The notes below the pieces were generated by a model, which was not told where the DNA came from, did not search any database, and was given only the letters and a program-made list of their open reading frames with translations. A DNA stretch of 64,000 nucleotides from an uncultured Acidimicrobiales bacterium (GTDB lineage: Bacteria; Actinomycetota; Acidimicrobiia; Acidimicrobiales; JAHEJN01), in contig CAWBCM010000017.1 in assembly GCA_963787285.1 (NCBI GenBank), forward strand, positions 1,013 to 65,012, written 5' to 3'. Position numbers and translations under genes: made by a program. Within the stretch, counting starts at the first letter, position 1; the number at the start of each line of letters is the position of its first letter. Shown here piece after piece: positions 32,850 through 45,173 of the stretch.

Positions 32850-33977
32850 TCAGTCGCGGCGGATCCTCGTACGGATCGTGTCGGCACGGGTCTGGCGCAG
32901 GAACTCGCCGAAGTCGGTCCCGCCGGTGCCCTTGGCGTTCGCGTCCATGCCCGACGGTACGGCGATGTAGTCGTGGGCGAGCCTCATGTGGAGGCCGCGG
33001 AAGCGTTCGATCTCGTGGACGACGTCGTCGAAGGCCGCGGCCAGGTCGGACCCGCCGCAGGTCGCCCGCTCACGTACCCGGGACTGCGCGGTGACGTCCT
33101 CGACGAATCGCCGGTGCGGTGGCGGCATGTAGGTGCGCATCTTCGCCAGGTACGCGCCCGTGGTGCCGGTGGGGTGGTGCACCGACACCAGGGCGTCCAT
33201 CGCCTGTATCAGCGAGCTCTGCGCGGCCGAGCCACCGATGTAACGGCGGGGCTCGTCGGAGATCCCCTCGTACACGACGCCGGGCTCGGGCCAGCCCGCC
33301 ACGTACGGGCGGATGCGGTGGTAGAAGACGTAGGGGTCGCACCACTCGTAGGTCCGGTCGGTGGCCACGTACACCGGACCCATGGCCGCGGCGATCGAGT
33401 GGAGGCCTTCGGCGAGGTCGGCATCGGAGCCGTCGGTCGAGCTCGTGACCACGTCGCTGATGAGCGGCAACAGCGGCGCGCCGGCCAGCTCCACACCGAG
33501 CGCGGAGACGAAGAACCAGGTCTCGTCGACCCCACCGTGGAACGAGGCGAGCATCGCCGCGTTGTCGGGGCTGAGCGGAAGCGAGCGGTCGACTCGACGC
33601 CAGTTCCGAAGTGACATGCATCCGTAATGCACGATCGGTGGCCGTCCCATGGCGTCGGCCAGCGTGCACAGCGGCAACGCAAGGGGCCCGGGGATACGCA
33701 GCCGGGGGCGGTCGGCCGACCAGACGTAGGCATTGGCGAGGACGGTCGTCAACAGCAGCGCCCGTTCCCGTTCGAGGGTCGAGGTCAACGAGTCGACGTC
33801 GAGATCACCGAGGCCGCGTACGGCGTCGACGATCCGACCGTTGCGCATGAGGGTCGACAGATCGGCCGCCACCTGGTCGAGAATCTCGAAGTCGCCCGGT
33901 AGACGCTCGAGCGGGTCGACGCCGGGAGCGAAGCCGTGGGCAGCATCGATGTCGTAGTCAGCGAGGGTCAGCATCAT
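32850..33977 (-). CDS. Indoleamine 2,3-dioxygenase family heme enzyme
   Basis: GRPPIVHY...NW, DETWFF, FYHRIRPY, GGSAAQSS, MRTYMPPPHR, FRGLH...YI, KGTGGT. Confidence 0.88.
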   Translation of the reverse strand: MMLTLADYDIDAAHGFAPGVDPLERLPGDFEILDQVAADLSTLMRNGRIVDAVRGLGDLDVDSLTSTLERERALLLTTVLANAYVWSADRPRLRIPGPLALPLCTLADAMGRPPIVHYGCMSLRNWRRVDRSLPLSPDNAAMLASFHGGVDETWFFVSALGVELAGAPLLPLISDVVTSSTDGSDADLAEGLHSIAAAMGPVYVATDRTYEWCDPYVFYHRIRPYVAGWPEPGVVYEGISDEPRRYIGGSAAQSSLIQAMDALVSVHHPTGTTGAYLAKMRTYMPPPHRRFVEDVTAQSRVRERATCGGSDLAAAFDDVVHEIERFRGLHMRLAHDYIAVPSGMDANAKGTGGTDFGEFLRQTRADTIRTRIRRD

Positions 33978-35008
33978 CGCAGGGGTGGGTCGGTGCACAC
34001 GTCGGCCCCAGGAGCGCGATCGGGTCGGAACACCCGAGGCGGACGGCCGAAACCAGTGCCCGCTCGATCGGTGGTGAGGTACGCCTCGATCGCATCGGTC
34101 AGTGCCTCGGTAGCGGTCACGATGTACTCCTCGGTGGCGAAGAGCTCGGCTTCGGCCGGGTTGGCGATGTAGCCCATCTCGATGATGGCGGTCGGGGTGG
34201 CCGGCCGTCGGATGATGCCGTATGCGTCCCGACCGTCCTCGAGCAGCGTCCGCAGCACACCGGCATCGGGTGCGGTGGTCCACGCCACGTCGAGCCCGCC
34301 GAGAGCGTCGCTCACCTCCTCGTAGAGCAGTCCCCCGAGGCGAGCCGACTCGTCGGAACCGGACTGGACGAACACTTCGGTACCGGGTGTGTCGGAGGCG
34401 TTGCCGGCCGGGGCGTTGTGGTGGATCGACACCATGAGGGCGGCGTCGAGATCGTCGGCGAAGGCCGCTCGAACGTCGAGGGGCACGAGGTAGTCACCGG
34501 TGCGGGTGAGCGCGGTTGCGAAGCCACGAGCGGTGAGCTCCTGCTGCGCTGCGGTCGCGACCTCGAGGTTCAGTGCTCCTTCGGTCACACCGTTGGCTCC
34601 GACGGCGCCCGGATCGGCGTCGCCGCCATGGCCGGGATCGAGGACCACCAGAGGTGCGGTGATGGGCTCGCCGCCGATGACGATGGCCTCGTTGCCGCAG
34701 GGTGTGCGCACCGCGTGGTTGTCGCCGACCGAGGCGAGCACGATCACCGGGATCCCCGTGGTGGTGAGGATCGCCTTCGGTGGTGGCTGCGGCGTCGGCG
34801 TGGGTTCCTCGGGCGCGGGGGGTGTCGAGGTCGGGGCCGCGGTGGGCTCCGGTGAACCAGCGACGGCAACCGGCTCCGGGAGGTTGACCGGTAGGGCGGT
34901 CGTCGGAGCCGCGCAGGCCGACAGCAGAACCACGGCCACCACTAGTCGACTCCCCGGCGCTCGCACGACGTCGAGTCTGGCACCAACGAACCCGGGACCG
35001 GCGCGCAA
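33974..35008 (-). CDS. N-acetylmuramoyl-L-alanine amidase (Amidase_3), lipoprotein; start uncertain
   Basis: LDPGHGG, E, LTRTGD, VSIHHNA, IIEMGYIAN; lipobox LSAC. Confidence 0.88.
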   Translation of the reverse strand: MRAGPGFVGARLDVVRAPGSRLVVAVVLLSACAAPTTALPVNLPEPVAVAGSPEPTAAPTSTPPAPEEPTPTPQPPPKAILTTTGIPVIVLASVGDNHAVRTPCGNEAIVIGGEPITAPLVVLDPGHGGDADPGAVGANGVTEGALNLEVATAAQQELTARGFATALTRTGDYLVPLDVRAAFADDLDAALMVSIHHNAPAGNASDTPGTEVFVQSGSDESARLGGLLYEEVSDALGGLDVAWTTAPDAGVLRTLLEDGRDAYGIIRRPATPTAIIEMGYIANPAEAELFATEEYIVTATEALTDAIEAYLTTDRAGTGFGRPPRVFRPDRAPGADVCTDPPLR

Positions 35009-35018
35009 TCGTTGTCGC

Positions 35019-35813
35019 TCACACGCCCACGTCGCGCCGAGCGAACCCGAACGTGCCGACGGCGACCAGCCCGACGACGAGCCCGACCATGATCGACAGA
35101 TCGACGACCTGGAGTCCGTTGCTCAGCGGCGAGCCGCCGTTGAGCCATGCGAACGGCGACAATCGGTCGGTCCACTCCAGCCCGTCGACCTGAGGGAGGA
35201 TTCCGTTGGCCGCGAAGCCGAACACGCCGAGTGCGGCGCCGGCACCGATGGCCGGGCCGCGGCGGCCGGTGATGGCGCCCACTGCGTAGGCGAGGGCCCC
35301 GAACACCATGCCGAACAACACGAGATGCAGGTGCATGGCGAGGAGGTCACCGATGGAGATGCCGGTCAGGTCGAAGGGCTTCACCAGTGCGACGATCACG
35401 ATCAGGAGACCCAGAGAGATCATCACCAGGCTGACCACCAGTGCCGCGCCGCGCTGGAGTGCCACCCGAGGTCGACTCACCGGGTGAGCCAGGACGAGGT
35501 CGAGGGTCCCTGCCTCCTCGTCTCCGGCGATCAAACGAGCCCCCGCCGACACCGCGTAGACGATCACGAGTACGGCGACGACGAGGCCGTACACCGTGGC
35601 GCTCAGGTACCCGGAGGGAGTGGCGATGTCGGTGTAGTTCAGTGCCTCGAGCAGCCCGCCGGGGTAGTTGTCGATGGCGTCGCGCATGGCGGGGTTGTCG
35701 ATCGTCGGCCAGAACGCGGCATACATGCCACCGACGGCAGCGACGGCGACGGTCCACGTGGCGATCGACCGTCGACGATCCCACAACCATTTGGTGAAGG
35801 GGTCAGTCGCCAT
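35019..35813 (-). CDS. ABC-2 type exporter permease
   Basis: IAGDEEAGTLDLVLAHPVSR, SPF, FARRDV. Confidence 0.88.
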   Translation of the reverse strand: MATDPFTKWLWDRRRSIATWTVAVAAVGGMYAAFWPTIDNPAMRDAIDNYPGGLLEALNYTDIATPSGYLSATVYGLVVAVLVIVYAVSAGARLIAGDEEAGTLDLVLAHPVSRPRVALQRGAALVVSLVMISLGLLIVIVALVKPFDLTGISIGDLLAMHLHLVLFGMVFGALAYAVGAITGRRGPAIGAGAALGVFGFAANGILPQVDGLEWTDRLSPFAWLNGGSPLSNGLQVVDLSIMVGLVVGLVAVGTFGFARRDVGV

Positions 35814-36706
35814 CGGCGTCTCGCCCGTACGAATGAAAGAACAGCTCGGTGAGGTCGGGCTCCTCGGCGGAGATCGTGACGACGCCGTGGCGAACGATGG
35901 CCTTGAGGAAGTCGTCGGCCCGACCGTCGAGGCGGCAGGTGAAGAGCGATCCGTCGATCGCGGCGTCACTGACGCCCGCCACAGCCGCGAGCTCCGCGAT
36001 GGGCACAGGATGATCGAACAGGACCTCCACGTGTCTCACCGATCGCTGTCCGAGCTCGTGGATGCTCTCGACGGCGACCAGGCGCCCGGCGCGGATGACT
36101 CCGACCCGGTGGGCGCACCGTTGCACCTCGCTCATGACGTGCGACGACATGAACACCGTCCGTCCCTCCACCGCGACCTCGCGCGTCAAGGCAACGAACT
36201 CGGCCTGGAGGAATGGGTCGAGTCCACTGGTCGGCTCGTCGAGGACGAGGAGCTCGGGCTCGTGCATGAACGCCTGGATCACCCCGATCTTCTGGCGGTT
36301 GCCAGCGCGAGAGCGTCTTCACCTCGCGAGTCGTGTCGAGCCCCAGCCTCTCGGCCAGATCATCGATGCGGGTCGCCGTGACGCCACCCCGGAGGTTGCC
36401 CAGGTAGGTGAGGATCTCACGCCCGTTCTGGCGGCCGTCGACCACGAAGTCACCGGGCAGGTAACCCAGTCGCCGCCGCAGCTCGACTCCCTCTGACCGA
36501 GGATCGAGGCCCAGAACCTCGATTGCGCCGCTGGTCGGTCGGATCAGATCGAGGAACAGGCGAATCGCCGTGGTCTTGCCGGCACCATTGGGGCCGAGGA
36601 ACCCGAACACCTCACCGGTGAACACCTCGAGATCGAGACCGTCGAGGCCCCGAGCGGTGCCGTAGTCCTTGACCAGCGCCTCGGTTCGAATTGCAGCTTC
36701 GGGCAC
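35803..36706 (-). CDS. ABC exporter ATPase; one frameshift near 36305
   Basis: GPNGAGKTT in one frame; LDEPTSGLDP and SSHVMSEV in the next. Confidence 0.88.
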
Positions 36707-36710
36707 GGCG

Positions 36711-37916
36711 CTAGGTCCCGACGAACGAGGTGAATGCATCGGCGAGAGCCCGGAGGGTGTTGCCCGGGAAGGTCTCGTGGCAGTAGGGGAGCGCCGCGGC
36801 CATCGACCCGACCTTCGGCTCGTAGCTCGCGGCCGCCATGCGCGGGTTCAGCCACACGACACGGTGTGATCGTCGATGCAGGCGGGCCATGGCCTTTGCC
36901 ATCGCCTCGGGTGCGTCGCTGTCCCAGCCGTCGGAGGCGATGACCACGACGGCGCCGCGAACGCACGTGCCGTGATGGCTGCGGAGCAGGGCGTCGATGT
37001 TGGCGGCGATGCGGGTGCCCCCGAAGCGGTCGTCGAGGAGACGGTTGGCCTGTTCGATGGCCGCCTCGGCCGATTTGACCCGGAGCGCCGTGGTGAGGCG
37101 GGTCAGATCGGTGGAGAACGCAAAGGTCTCGGCATCGGCATGCAGGGTGACGGCCCGGAGGAGGTGGAGGTAGGCGTTGGTGTGGGCCTGCATCGACTGG
37201 CTCACGTCGCAGATCATCACCAGTCGACGAGGCTTCACGAGCGGTTCGTTCCAGACGAGACGAACCGCCTCGTAGCCCGAGTGTCGGGCCGCCACCAGTG
37301 TGCGACGCAGCGCGAGCGTGGCACCGGTGGACGCGGGTCGTTGCCGACGGGTTCGCCGGGTGGGCCAACGGAGGAAAGCGTGCTCGAGCCAGCGTCCGAC
37401 GAGCGCCAGGTCGGCGTCGCTGAGCTCCTCGAAGGGCACGTCGGCGAGGTGGTCGAGGTGGCTCGGGAGCCGCTCGGGTACGACGATTCCGTCGTCGGGC
37501 GCATCGTCGGCGTCGTCGCGGACGGTGGGAAGCGTGGCCCATGGCAACCCCTCGCCATCGACCTCCTCGGCCGCGTCGGCGGGCACGCGTGCGTGGGCCT
37601 CGTCGGCCGCAGGCGGTGGCGCTGGACCAGGAGGACTATTGCGCCGGGCGTTGGGATCGAGGGGCAGAACAGCGTCGGCGAACACCGCGACGAAAACCCG
37701 GTCGAACACCGGGAGATCGCGGTGATCGTCGATGAGCGTCGTGCGGGCCAGCCAGTAGAGCGCGGTGGTGTCGGTCGGCATGCAGGCGTCGAGCGCCCGG
37801 GTGAACGTCTCGGCACGATTGATGGCCACCGCGACGCCTGCCCGTCGGAGTCGCTCGGAGAACGACACGGCGAACGCGGCGCGGTCGACGCCGCGCAGCA
37901 GCATCGGCTCAGCCAT
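36711..37916 (-). CDS. coxE: CoxE-type VWA-domain CO dehydrogenase maturation protein
   Basis: DVSQSM MIDAS motif, GGTRI, IASDGWD, WLNP; lies in the cox operon. Confidence 0.88.
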   Translation of the reverse strand: MAEPMLLRGVDRAAFAVSFSERLRRAGVAVAINRAETFTRALDACMPTDTTALYWLARTTLIDDHRDLPVFDRVFVAVFADAVLPLDPNARRNSPPGPAPPPAADEAHARVPADAAEEVDGEGLPWATLPTVRDDADDAPDDGIVVPERLPSHLDHLADVPFEELSDADLALVGRWLEHAFLRWPTRRTRRQRPASTGATLALRRTLVAARHSGYEAVRLVWNEPLVKPRRLVMICDVSQSMQAHTNAYLHLLRAVTLHADAETFAFSTDLTRLTTALRVKSAEAAIEQANRLLDDRFGGTRIAANIDALLRSHHGTCVRGAVVVIASDGWDSDAPEAMAKAMARLHRRSHRVVWLNPRMAAASYEPKVGSMAAALPYCHETFPGNTLRALADAFTSFVGT

Positions 37917-37940
37917 GGAGGCGCCGACGGAGCGCGAGGA

Positions 37941-38829
37941 TCATCCCGCAGCTTCGCGGTAGCCGAGATCGTCGAGGGCGTCGCGAACGGTTTCGAGATC
38001 GTCGGGAGTCTTGACCACGGCGCCGAGGGTGCGCAACACGTCGGCGCGCACGAGATCAGCGGTGCCGAGGGTGACGAGGGCCGACACCCAGTCGATGGCC
38101 TCGGCCAGTCCGGGTGCCTTGTCGAGATCGAGGTCGCGCACCCGGCCGACGAAGTCGGTGGCGGCTCCGATCGAGCGCGTCGGTGCCCGACGGCACGTTC
38201 CGACGAACGATGTCAGCGGCGTGCGCCGGTGACGGGTACTCGATCCAGTGGTAGAGACATCGACGCTTGAGGGCATCGTGGAGCTCGCGACTGCGGTTGG
38301 AGGTGAGAATCACGATGGGTGCCATTGCGGCGGTGAAGGTACCGAGCTCGGGAACAGTCACCGACTTCTCGCCGAGGAACTCGAACAGCATGGCTTCGAA
38401 CTCGTCGTCGGCTCGGTCGATCTCGTCGATCAGCAACACCGGTGCGATCGGTCCGGGGTGGCGTACGCACCGCAGGATCGGCCGCTCGAGGAGGAACTCC
38501 TCGGTGAACAGGTCGGCCTCCTCCAGCCGGGTCCCGTGCGCCTCGCCGAGCCGTATGGCAAGAAGCTGACGCTGGTAGTTCCACTCGTAGAGCGCTTCGC
38601 CGGAGGTGAGACCCTCGTAGCACTGAAGGCGCACGAACGGTGCGCCCATGGCGGCCGCCATCGCCTTGGCCGCGGTGGTCTTCCCCACGCCGGGCTCGCC
38701 TTCGAGCAGCAGTGGCTGACCCAACGTCGCGGCGAGGTACAAGGCGGTTGCAAGGCCCTCATCGGCCAGGTAGTCGACCGTGTCGAAGCGCGCCCGAACG
38801 TCGGCCACGTCGGTGAAGGGCCCGCTCAC
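37941..38829 (-). CDS. coxD: CoxD MoxR-family AAA+ ATPase; frameshift near 38190
   Basis: LEGEPGVGKT, RLQCYEG, YEWNY, LIDEIDRAD, ELHDALKRRC; KAPGLAEAIDW in the next frame. Confidence 0.9.
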
Positions 38830-39425
38830 GGGTGGATCTCCTCGGCATCGAGAAGGGCGAGGTAGTCGTCCCAGGTGTCGACATCGAGGGGTACTTCGTC
38901 GTCGACAGGATGCTCGGCCACTCGGTCGGGCTGAGCCTCGAGCAGCTTCCAGACACCCTTGTCGCCGTGCAGGCGTCGGAGGTCGTCGAAGACGCGGCGG
39001 TGAAACCAGAACGGATGGCCGCGGCCGTTGCGGTAGCGGCACACCGCCAGCGGGGGAGCGGCCGGGTGGGCCGTCATGCCGACCAGGCCGCGCACGACCG
39101 CCGGGTCGACATCGGGCTGGTCGCCGAGGAGCAGCACGACGCCGTCACTTCGGGGGTCGACGGCGTCGAGTGCGGCGACGATCGACGATGAGCAGCCCGC
39201 GGCGTGATGGAGGTTCTCGACTACTTCGAAGCCGTCGAGGTCGACCTGGTCGCGTACCTCCGGCGAGGCGCCGCCGAGGGTGACGATCAGCTGGTCGAGC
39301 CGGCAGGAACGGGCCACGGCCAACGTGGTGCCGAGCAGTGTCGTGCCGCGGTAGGGCAGGAGTTGCTTCGGCTGTCCGAGGCGTTGTGAGGCGCCGGCGG
39401 CCAACACGAGTCCGGTGATGAACAC
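38826..39425 (-). CDS. mocA: Molybdenum cofactor cytidylyltransferase-like nucleotidyltransferase
   Basis: LAAGASQRLGQPKQLL, LGDQP, GHP, GDKG, DVDTWDDY. Confidence 0.85.
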   Translation of the reverse strand: MFITGLVLAAGASQRLGQPKQLLPYRGTTLLGTTLAVARSCRLDQLIVTLGGASPEVRDQVDLDGFEVVENLHHAAGCSSSIVAALDAVDPRSDGVVLLLGDQPDVDPAVVRGLVGMTAHPAAPPLAVCRYRNGRGHPFWFHRRVFDDLRRLHGDKGVWKLLEAQPDRVAEHPVDDEVPLDVDTWDDYLALLDAEEIHP

Positions 39426-39427
39426 GT

Positions 39428-40324
39428 TCAGCCGGCCACGTCGAGGTCGTCGGCGTACCGGGTGCGACAGCCCGGATTGCAGAACCAGAAGTCGGTGCCG
39501 TCGGCATGCAGGTGCGGAGTGTCGGGCCTGACCACCACCGTCATGCCGCACACCGGATCGACGGCTTCGGTCGGCGGCTCGACGCGACGCGACGACGGAG
39601 GCGCGACCAGCCCCTGCATGCGAACCGCGGCAACCACCTGGGCCATGATCGAGAGCGCGATCTCGTGGGCGGTGCGGGCGCCGATCTCGATACCGACGGG
39701 CGTGTGCACGCGTGCTCGCTCGTCGACGGTGAGCTCCATGGCATCGATCACCGCCGAGCCCCGCCTGTGACTGGCCACCAGCCCGATGAAGCCGGCGCCG
39801 GCATCGAGCGCGGCGCGAAGGACGGCCTCCTCGTTGCGGCCGTGGCTCGACACGATGACCGCGGTCGCGGCGTCGTCGAACTCGCCGGGGACATCGGTAC
39901 GCACCGCGAAGCCGAGCGGAGCCGCCAGCTCGGCCAACGCCTGGGCGATGGGCGTGTTGCCGGCCACGGTGAGGACGGGCGCGGGAAGGCGCGGCTCGAG
40001 GAACACCTCGATGGCCCCGCCCGACAGGCACGGATTGACGACGGTCTGGGAACCGGGCGAGTCGGGGAACACCTCGTCGCCGTCGGGCAGAATTCTCAGC
40101 AGAAGTGTGTCGGCCGTGTCGATCACCTTCATGGCCGCCGTGCGTACCGACTCCTCGGCGCACTGGCCGCCGACGAATCCCTCGATCGAACCGTCGGCCA
40201 GGACGATCGCCCCGTCACCGGGTCGAGCCGACGTCGGGCACTGGGCCCGGACGACGGTGGCCTGCACGAACGGGACTCGACTGGTGATCAACTCGCTTGC
40301 TCGAGCGGCAATCGACTGCGCCAT
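39428..40324 (-). CDS. XdhC/CoxF-CoxI family maturation factor with C-terminal YHS domain
   Basis: GFVGGQCAE, NPCLSGGAIEVFLEP, PVGIEIGART..EIALSI; then DPVCGMTV...FCNPGC. Confidence 0.88.
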   Translation of the reverse strand: MAQSIAARASELITSRVPFVQATVVRAQCPTSARPGDGAIVLADGSIEGFVGGQCAEESVRTAAMKVIDTADTLLLRILPDGDEVFPDSPGSQTVVNPCLSGGAIEVFLEPRLPAPVLTVAGNTPIAQALAELAAPLGFAVRTDVPGEFDDAATAVIVSSHGRNEEAVLRAALDAGAGFIGLVASHRRGSAVIDAMELTVDERARVHTPVGIEIGARTAHEIALSIMAQVVAAVRMQGLVAPPSSRRVEPPTEAVDPVCGMTVVVRPDTPHLHADGTDFWFCNPGCRTRYADDLDVAG

Positions 40325-40343
40325 GGTGACGGGCTCCTGGGCC

Positions 40344-42733
<2,390 letters not shown>

Positions 42734-42737
<4 letters not shown>

Positions 42738-43228
42738 GAGGCACCTCCGACGGTCGACGGGGGATTCGGATCTCGGCGTTGGCCGCCCACTGGATGGAGC
42801 GCACGATGGTGGAGTACCCGGTGCACCGACAGATCTGACCCGAGATGGCTTCGCGGATCTCGTGCTCGGTGGGGTCGGGATTGTCGGTCGAGCAGGGCTC
42901 GAGCGGTCATCATCATCCCCGGGGTGCAGAAGCCGCACTGGAGGCCATGGCACTGCATGAATCCCTCCTGCACCGGATCGAGGACGCCGTCGACCTCGAG
43001 GCCCTCGACGGTGCGGACCTCGCGCCCGCCGGCCATGGCGGCCAGCACGGTGCACGACTTCACGGGTTCGTCGTCCATGAGCACCACACAGGTGCCGCAG
43101 TTGCTGGTGTCGCAGCCCCAGTGGGTGCCGGTGAGGCCGAGGTGATCGCGGATGAAGTGCACGAGGAGCAGTCGCCCCTCGATCTCGCTGGTGACTTCCT
43201 CACCGTTCACGGTCATGGTTACGTGCAT
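42734..43228 (-). CDS. coxS: CO dehydrogenase small [2Fe-2S] subunit; frameshift near 42885
   Basis: [21 protein letters not shown]; GQICRCTGY in the next frame. Confidence 0.93.
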
Positions 43229-43229
43229 G

Positions 43230-44117
43230 TCAGGCCTCCTGACCGTTGGTTCCGGTGATTCGGGCCACCGAGCGTCGCAAGGCCCGGCGGGTGAGCTCGT
43301 CGGCCAGGTGGCGCTTGTAGGCCACCGTGCCTCGGGAGTCGGCGCTCGGTCGCGACGCCTCGGCGGCGAGGGCGCCGGCAGCGGCGTACAGCTCTTCGGA
43401 GGGCACCTGGCCGCGAAGCGCCTCGGAGATCGCTCCGATGCCGGTGGTGTTCGGGCCGACGGCGGCCAGGCCGACCCGGGCGTCGCTGATGGTGTCGCCG
43501 TCCATCCACACGGCCGCACCCGCGGAAACGATCGCCCAGTCACCGGCGCGCCGTTCGACCTTCTCGTAGGCGCTCGAACCGTTCGGGCGGATCGGAATGC
43601 GGATCTCGGTGAGCATCTCGGCGTCCTCGACCGCGGTCTCGTAGGGCCCGCGATGGAATTCGTGCATGGTCAGCACCCGTTCGCCGTCGGAGGAGCGGAT
43701 GACACAGCTGGCGTCGAGGGTGGTGCACACCGCCGACAGGTCCTCGGCCGGATCGGCCTGGCAGAGCGAGCCGCCGAGGGTGCCACGGTTGCGTACGACC
43801 GGATCGGCGATCACCTTCTCGGCGTCGCGAAAGATCGGGAAGGCGGCCGCCAGCTCGTCGGACTCGAGCAGCTCACGATGCCGGGTCATGGCACCGATGC
43901 GGAACTCGTCGCCCTCGACCCGGATGTAGCCGAGCTCGTCGTGCAGATCGTTGATGTCGATCAGGTACTCGGGCGTGGCGAACCGCAGCTTCATCATCGG
44001 CAGGAGGCTGTGGCCGCCGGCGACGAGCCGGGCCTCGCTCCCGAGCCTCTCCAACAGCGCGATCGCGTGATCGACGCTGGTGGCACGTTCGTACTCGAAC
44101 GGTGCTGGCACCTGCAT
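43230..44117 (-). CDS. coxM: CO dehydrogenase medium FAD subunit
   Basis: [41 protein letters not shown]. Confidence 0.94.
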   Translation of the reverse strand: MQVPAPFEYERATSVDHAIALLERLGSEARLVAGGHSLLPMMKLRFATPEYLIDINDLHDELGYIRVEGDEFRIGAMTRHRELLESDELAAAFPIFRDAEKVIADPVVRNRGTLGGSLCQADPAEDLSAVCTTLDASCVIRSSDGERVLTMHEFHRGPYETAVEDAEMLTEIRIPIRPNGSSAYEKVERRAGDWAIVSAGAAVWMDGDTISDARVGLAAVGPNTTGIGAISEALRGQVPSEELYAAAGALAAEASRPSADSRGTVAYKRHLADELTRRALRRSVARITGTNGQEA

Positions 44118-44177
44118 GGCTTCCCCCTACTTCCGTGGTGTCGCCACCTTGGGTCGCCGGCGGGGCGCGCGTCAACA

Positions 44178-44203
44178 CCAACCTAAGCGGTTGGTTAAGT
44201 TGG
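44178..44203. promoter_or_regulatory. Inverted repeat between coxM and the LysR gene, candidate LysR operator
   Basis: CCAACCTAA-N8-TTAAGTTGG (one mismatch), overlapping the LysR -10 TAAGTT. Confidence 0.55.
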
Positions 44204-44207
44204 GTTG

Positions 44208-45164
44208 GTGACTCCTGCACAACTGCGTGCGTTCAGCACGGTCGTTCGTCTGGGAACGGTGAAGGACGCGGCCGGCGAGCTCGGCGTGTCCGATGCGGCG
44301 GTGTCGGGACACGTGGCCCAGCTCCGCAAAGAGCTCGGCGACAAGCTGTTCACCCGGTCGAAGTCGGGCCTCGCCTTCACGCCCGGCGGCCTCCGCCTGG
44401 CCACCCGGGCCCACGAGATCCTCGGGCTGCAGGATCAGACCGTGCGCGAGGTGAGCGAGGCGGGCCAGGGGCGACGGGTGCTGCGCCTGGCCGTGTCGAG
44501 TCTCTTCGGCGAGTACGCCGCCCCGGGGTTGATCGGACTGTTCTCGACCAGATCCGACGACCTCGACGTCGAGATGAGCGTGCGTCCCCCCGGGCACTTC
44601 GCGGCCTTGTTGGCTGGCCGGTCCGCCGACATGGCCATCGGCCCGACGATGCAGTCGCTCGACGAAGCGATCGGTCAAAAGCCCTTCCTGAAGTACCAGG
44701 TGGTGGCCGTGGCCGGGCCGACCCATCCTCTGGCTCGGCAGCGGCTGAGCGCAGCTCAGCTCTCGAAGCAGATCTGGTTGCTCGGGCCCGAAGCGGCCGA
44801 CGGTCGGGGAGTGGTGACGGCGATGGTTGCGGCGCATCGGGTGCCCGAGGCGAACCAGCGCATCTTCCAGAGCCACGCGGCCGCGCTCGAGGAGACGCGT
44901 CGCGGTCGCGGAATCGGCCTGGCCGTCGAGTTCTCGGTCAACCAGGATCTGGCCGATGGTCGGCTGGTGCGCGTCGAGGGGCCCGGAACCCAGAGCGGGG
45001 GAACGTGGAGCGCGATGACCCTGAAGGGAACCGATCAGGCGTCGGCGGCGGCCGAGCTCGGCCGCTTCATCACGACGCCGCGGGCGACCCAGGCCATGCT
45101 CAATGGATCGGGCGCCGACATCTCGCGGTTTCGCCCTTCGGTGCACATCACGCTGTGGCGGTGA
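44208..45164 (+). CDS. LysR-family regulator divergent from cox (CutR-like)
   Basis: TPAQLRAF...AAGELGVSDAAVS...LRKELGDKLF.R HTH; position matches mycobacterial cutR. Confidence 0.9.
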   Translation: MTPAQLRAFSTVVRLGTVKDAAGELGVSDAAVSGHVAQLRKELGDKLFTRSKSGLAFTPGGLRLATRAHEILGLQDQTVREVSEAGQGRRVLRLAVSSLFGEYAAPGLIGLFSTRSDDLDVEMSVRPPGHFAALLAGRSADMAIGPTMQSLDEAIGQKPFLKYQVVAVAGPTHPLARQRLSAAQLSKQIWLLGPEAADGRGVVTAMVAAHRVPEANQRIFQSHAAALEETRRGRGIGLAVEFSVNQDLADGRLVRVEGPGTQSGGTWSAMTLKGTDQASAAAELGRFITTPRATQAMLNGSGADISRFRPSVHITLWR

Positions 45165-45173
45165 CCGTGACCT

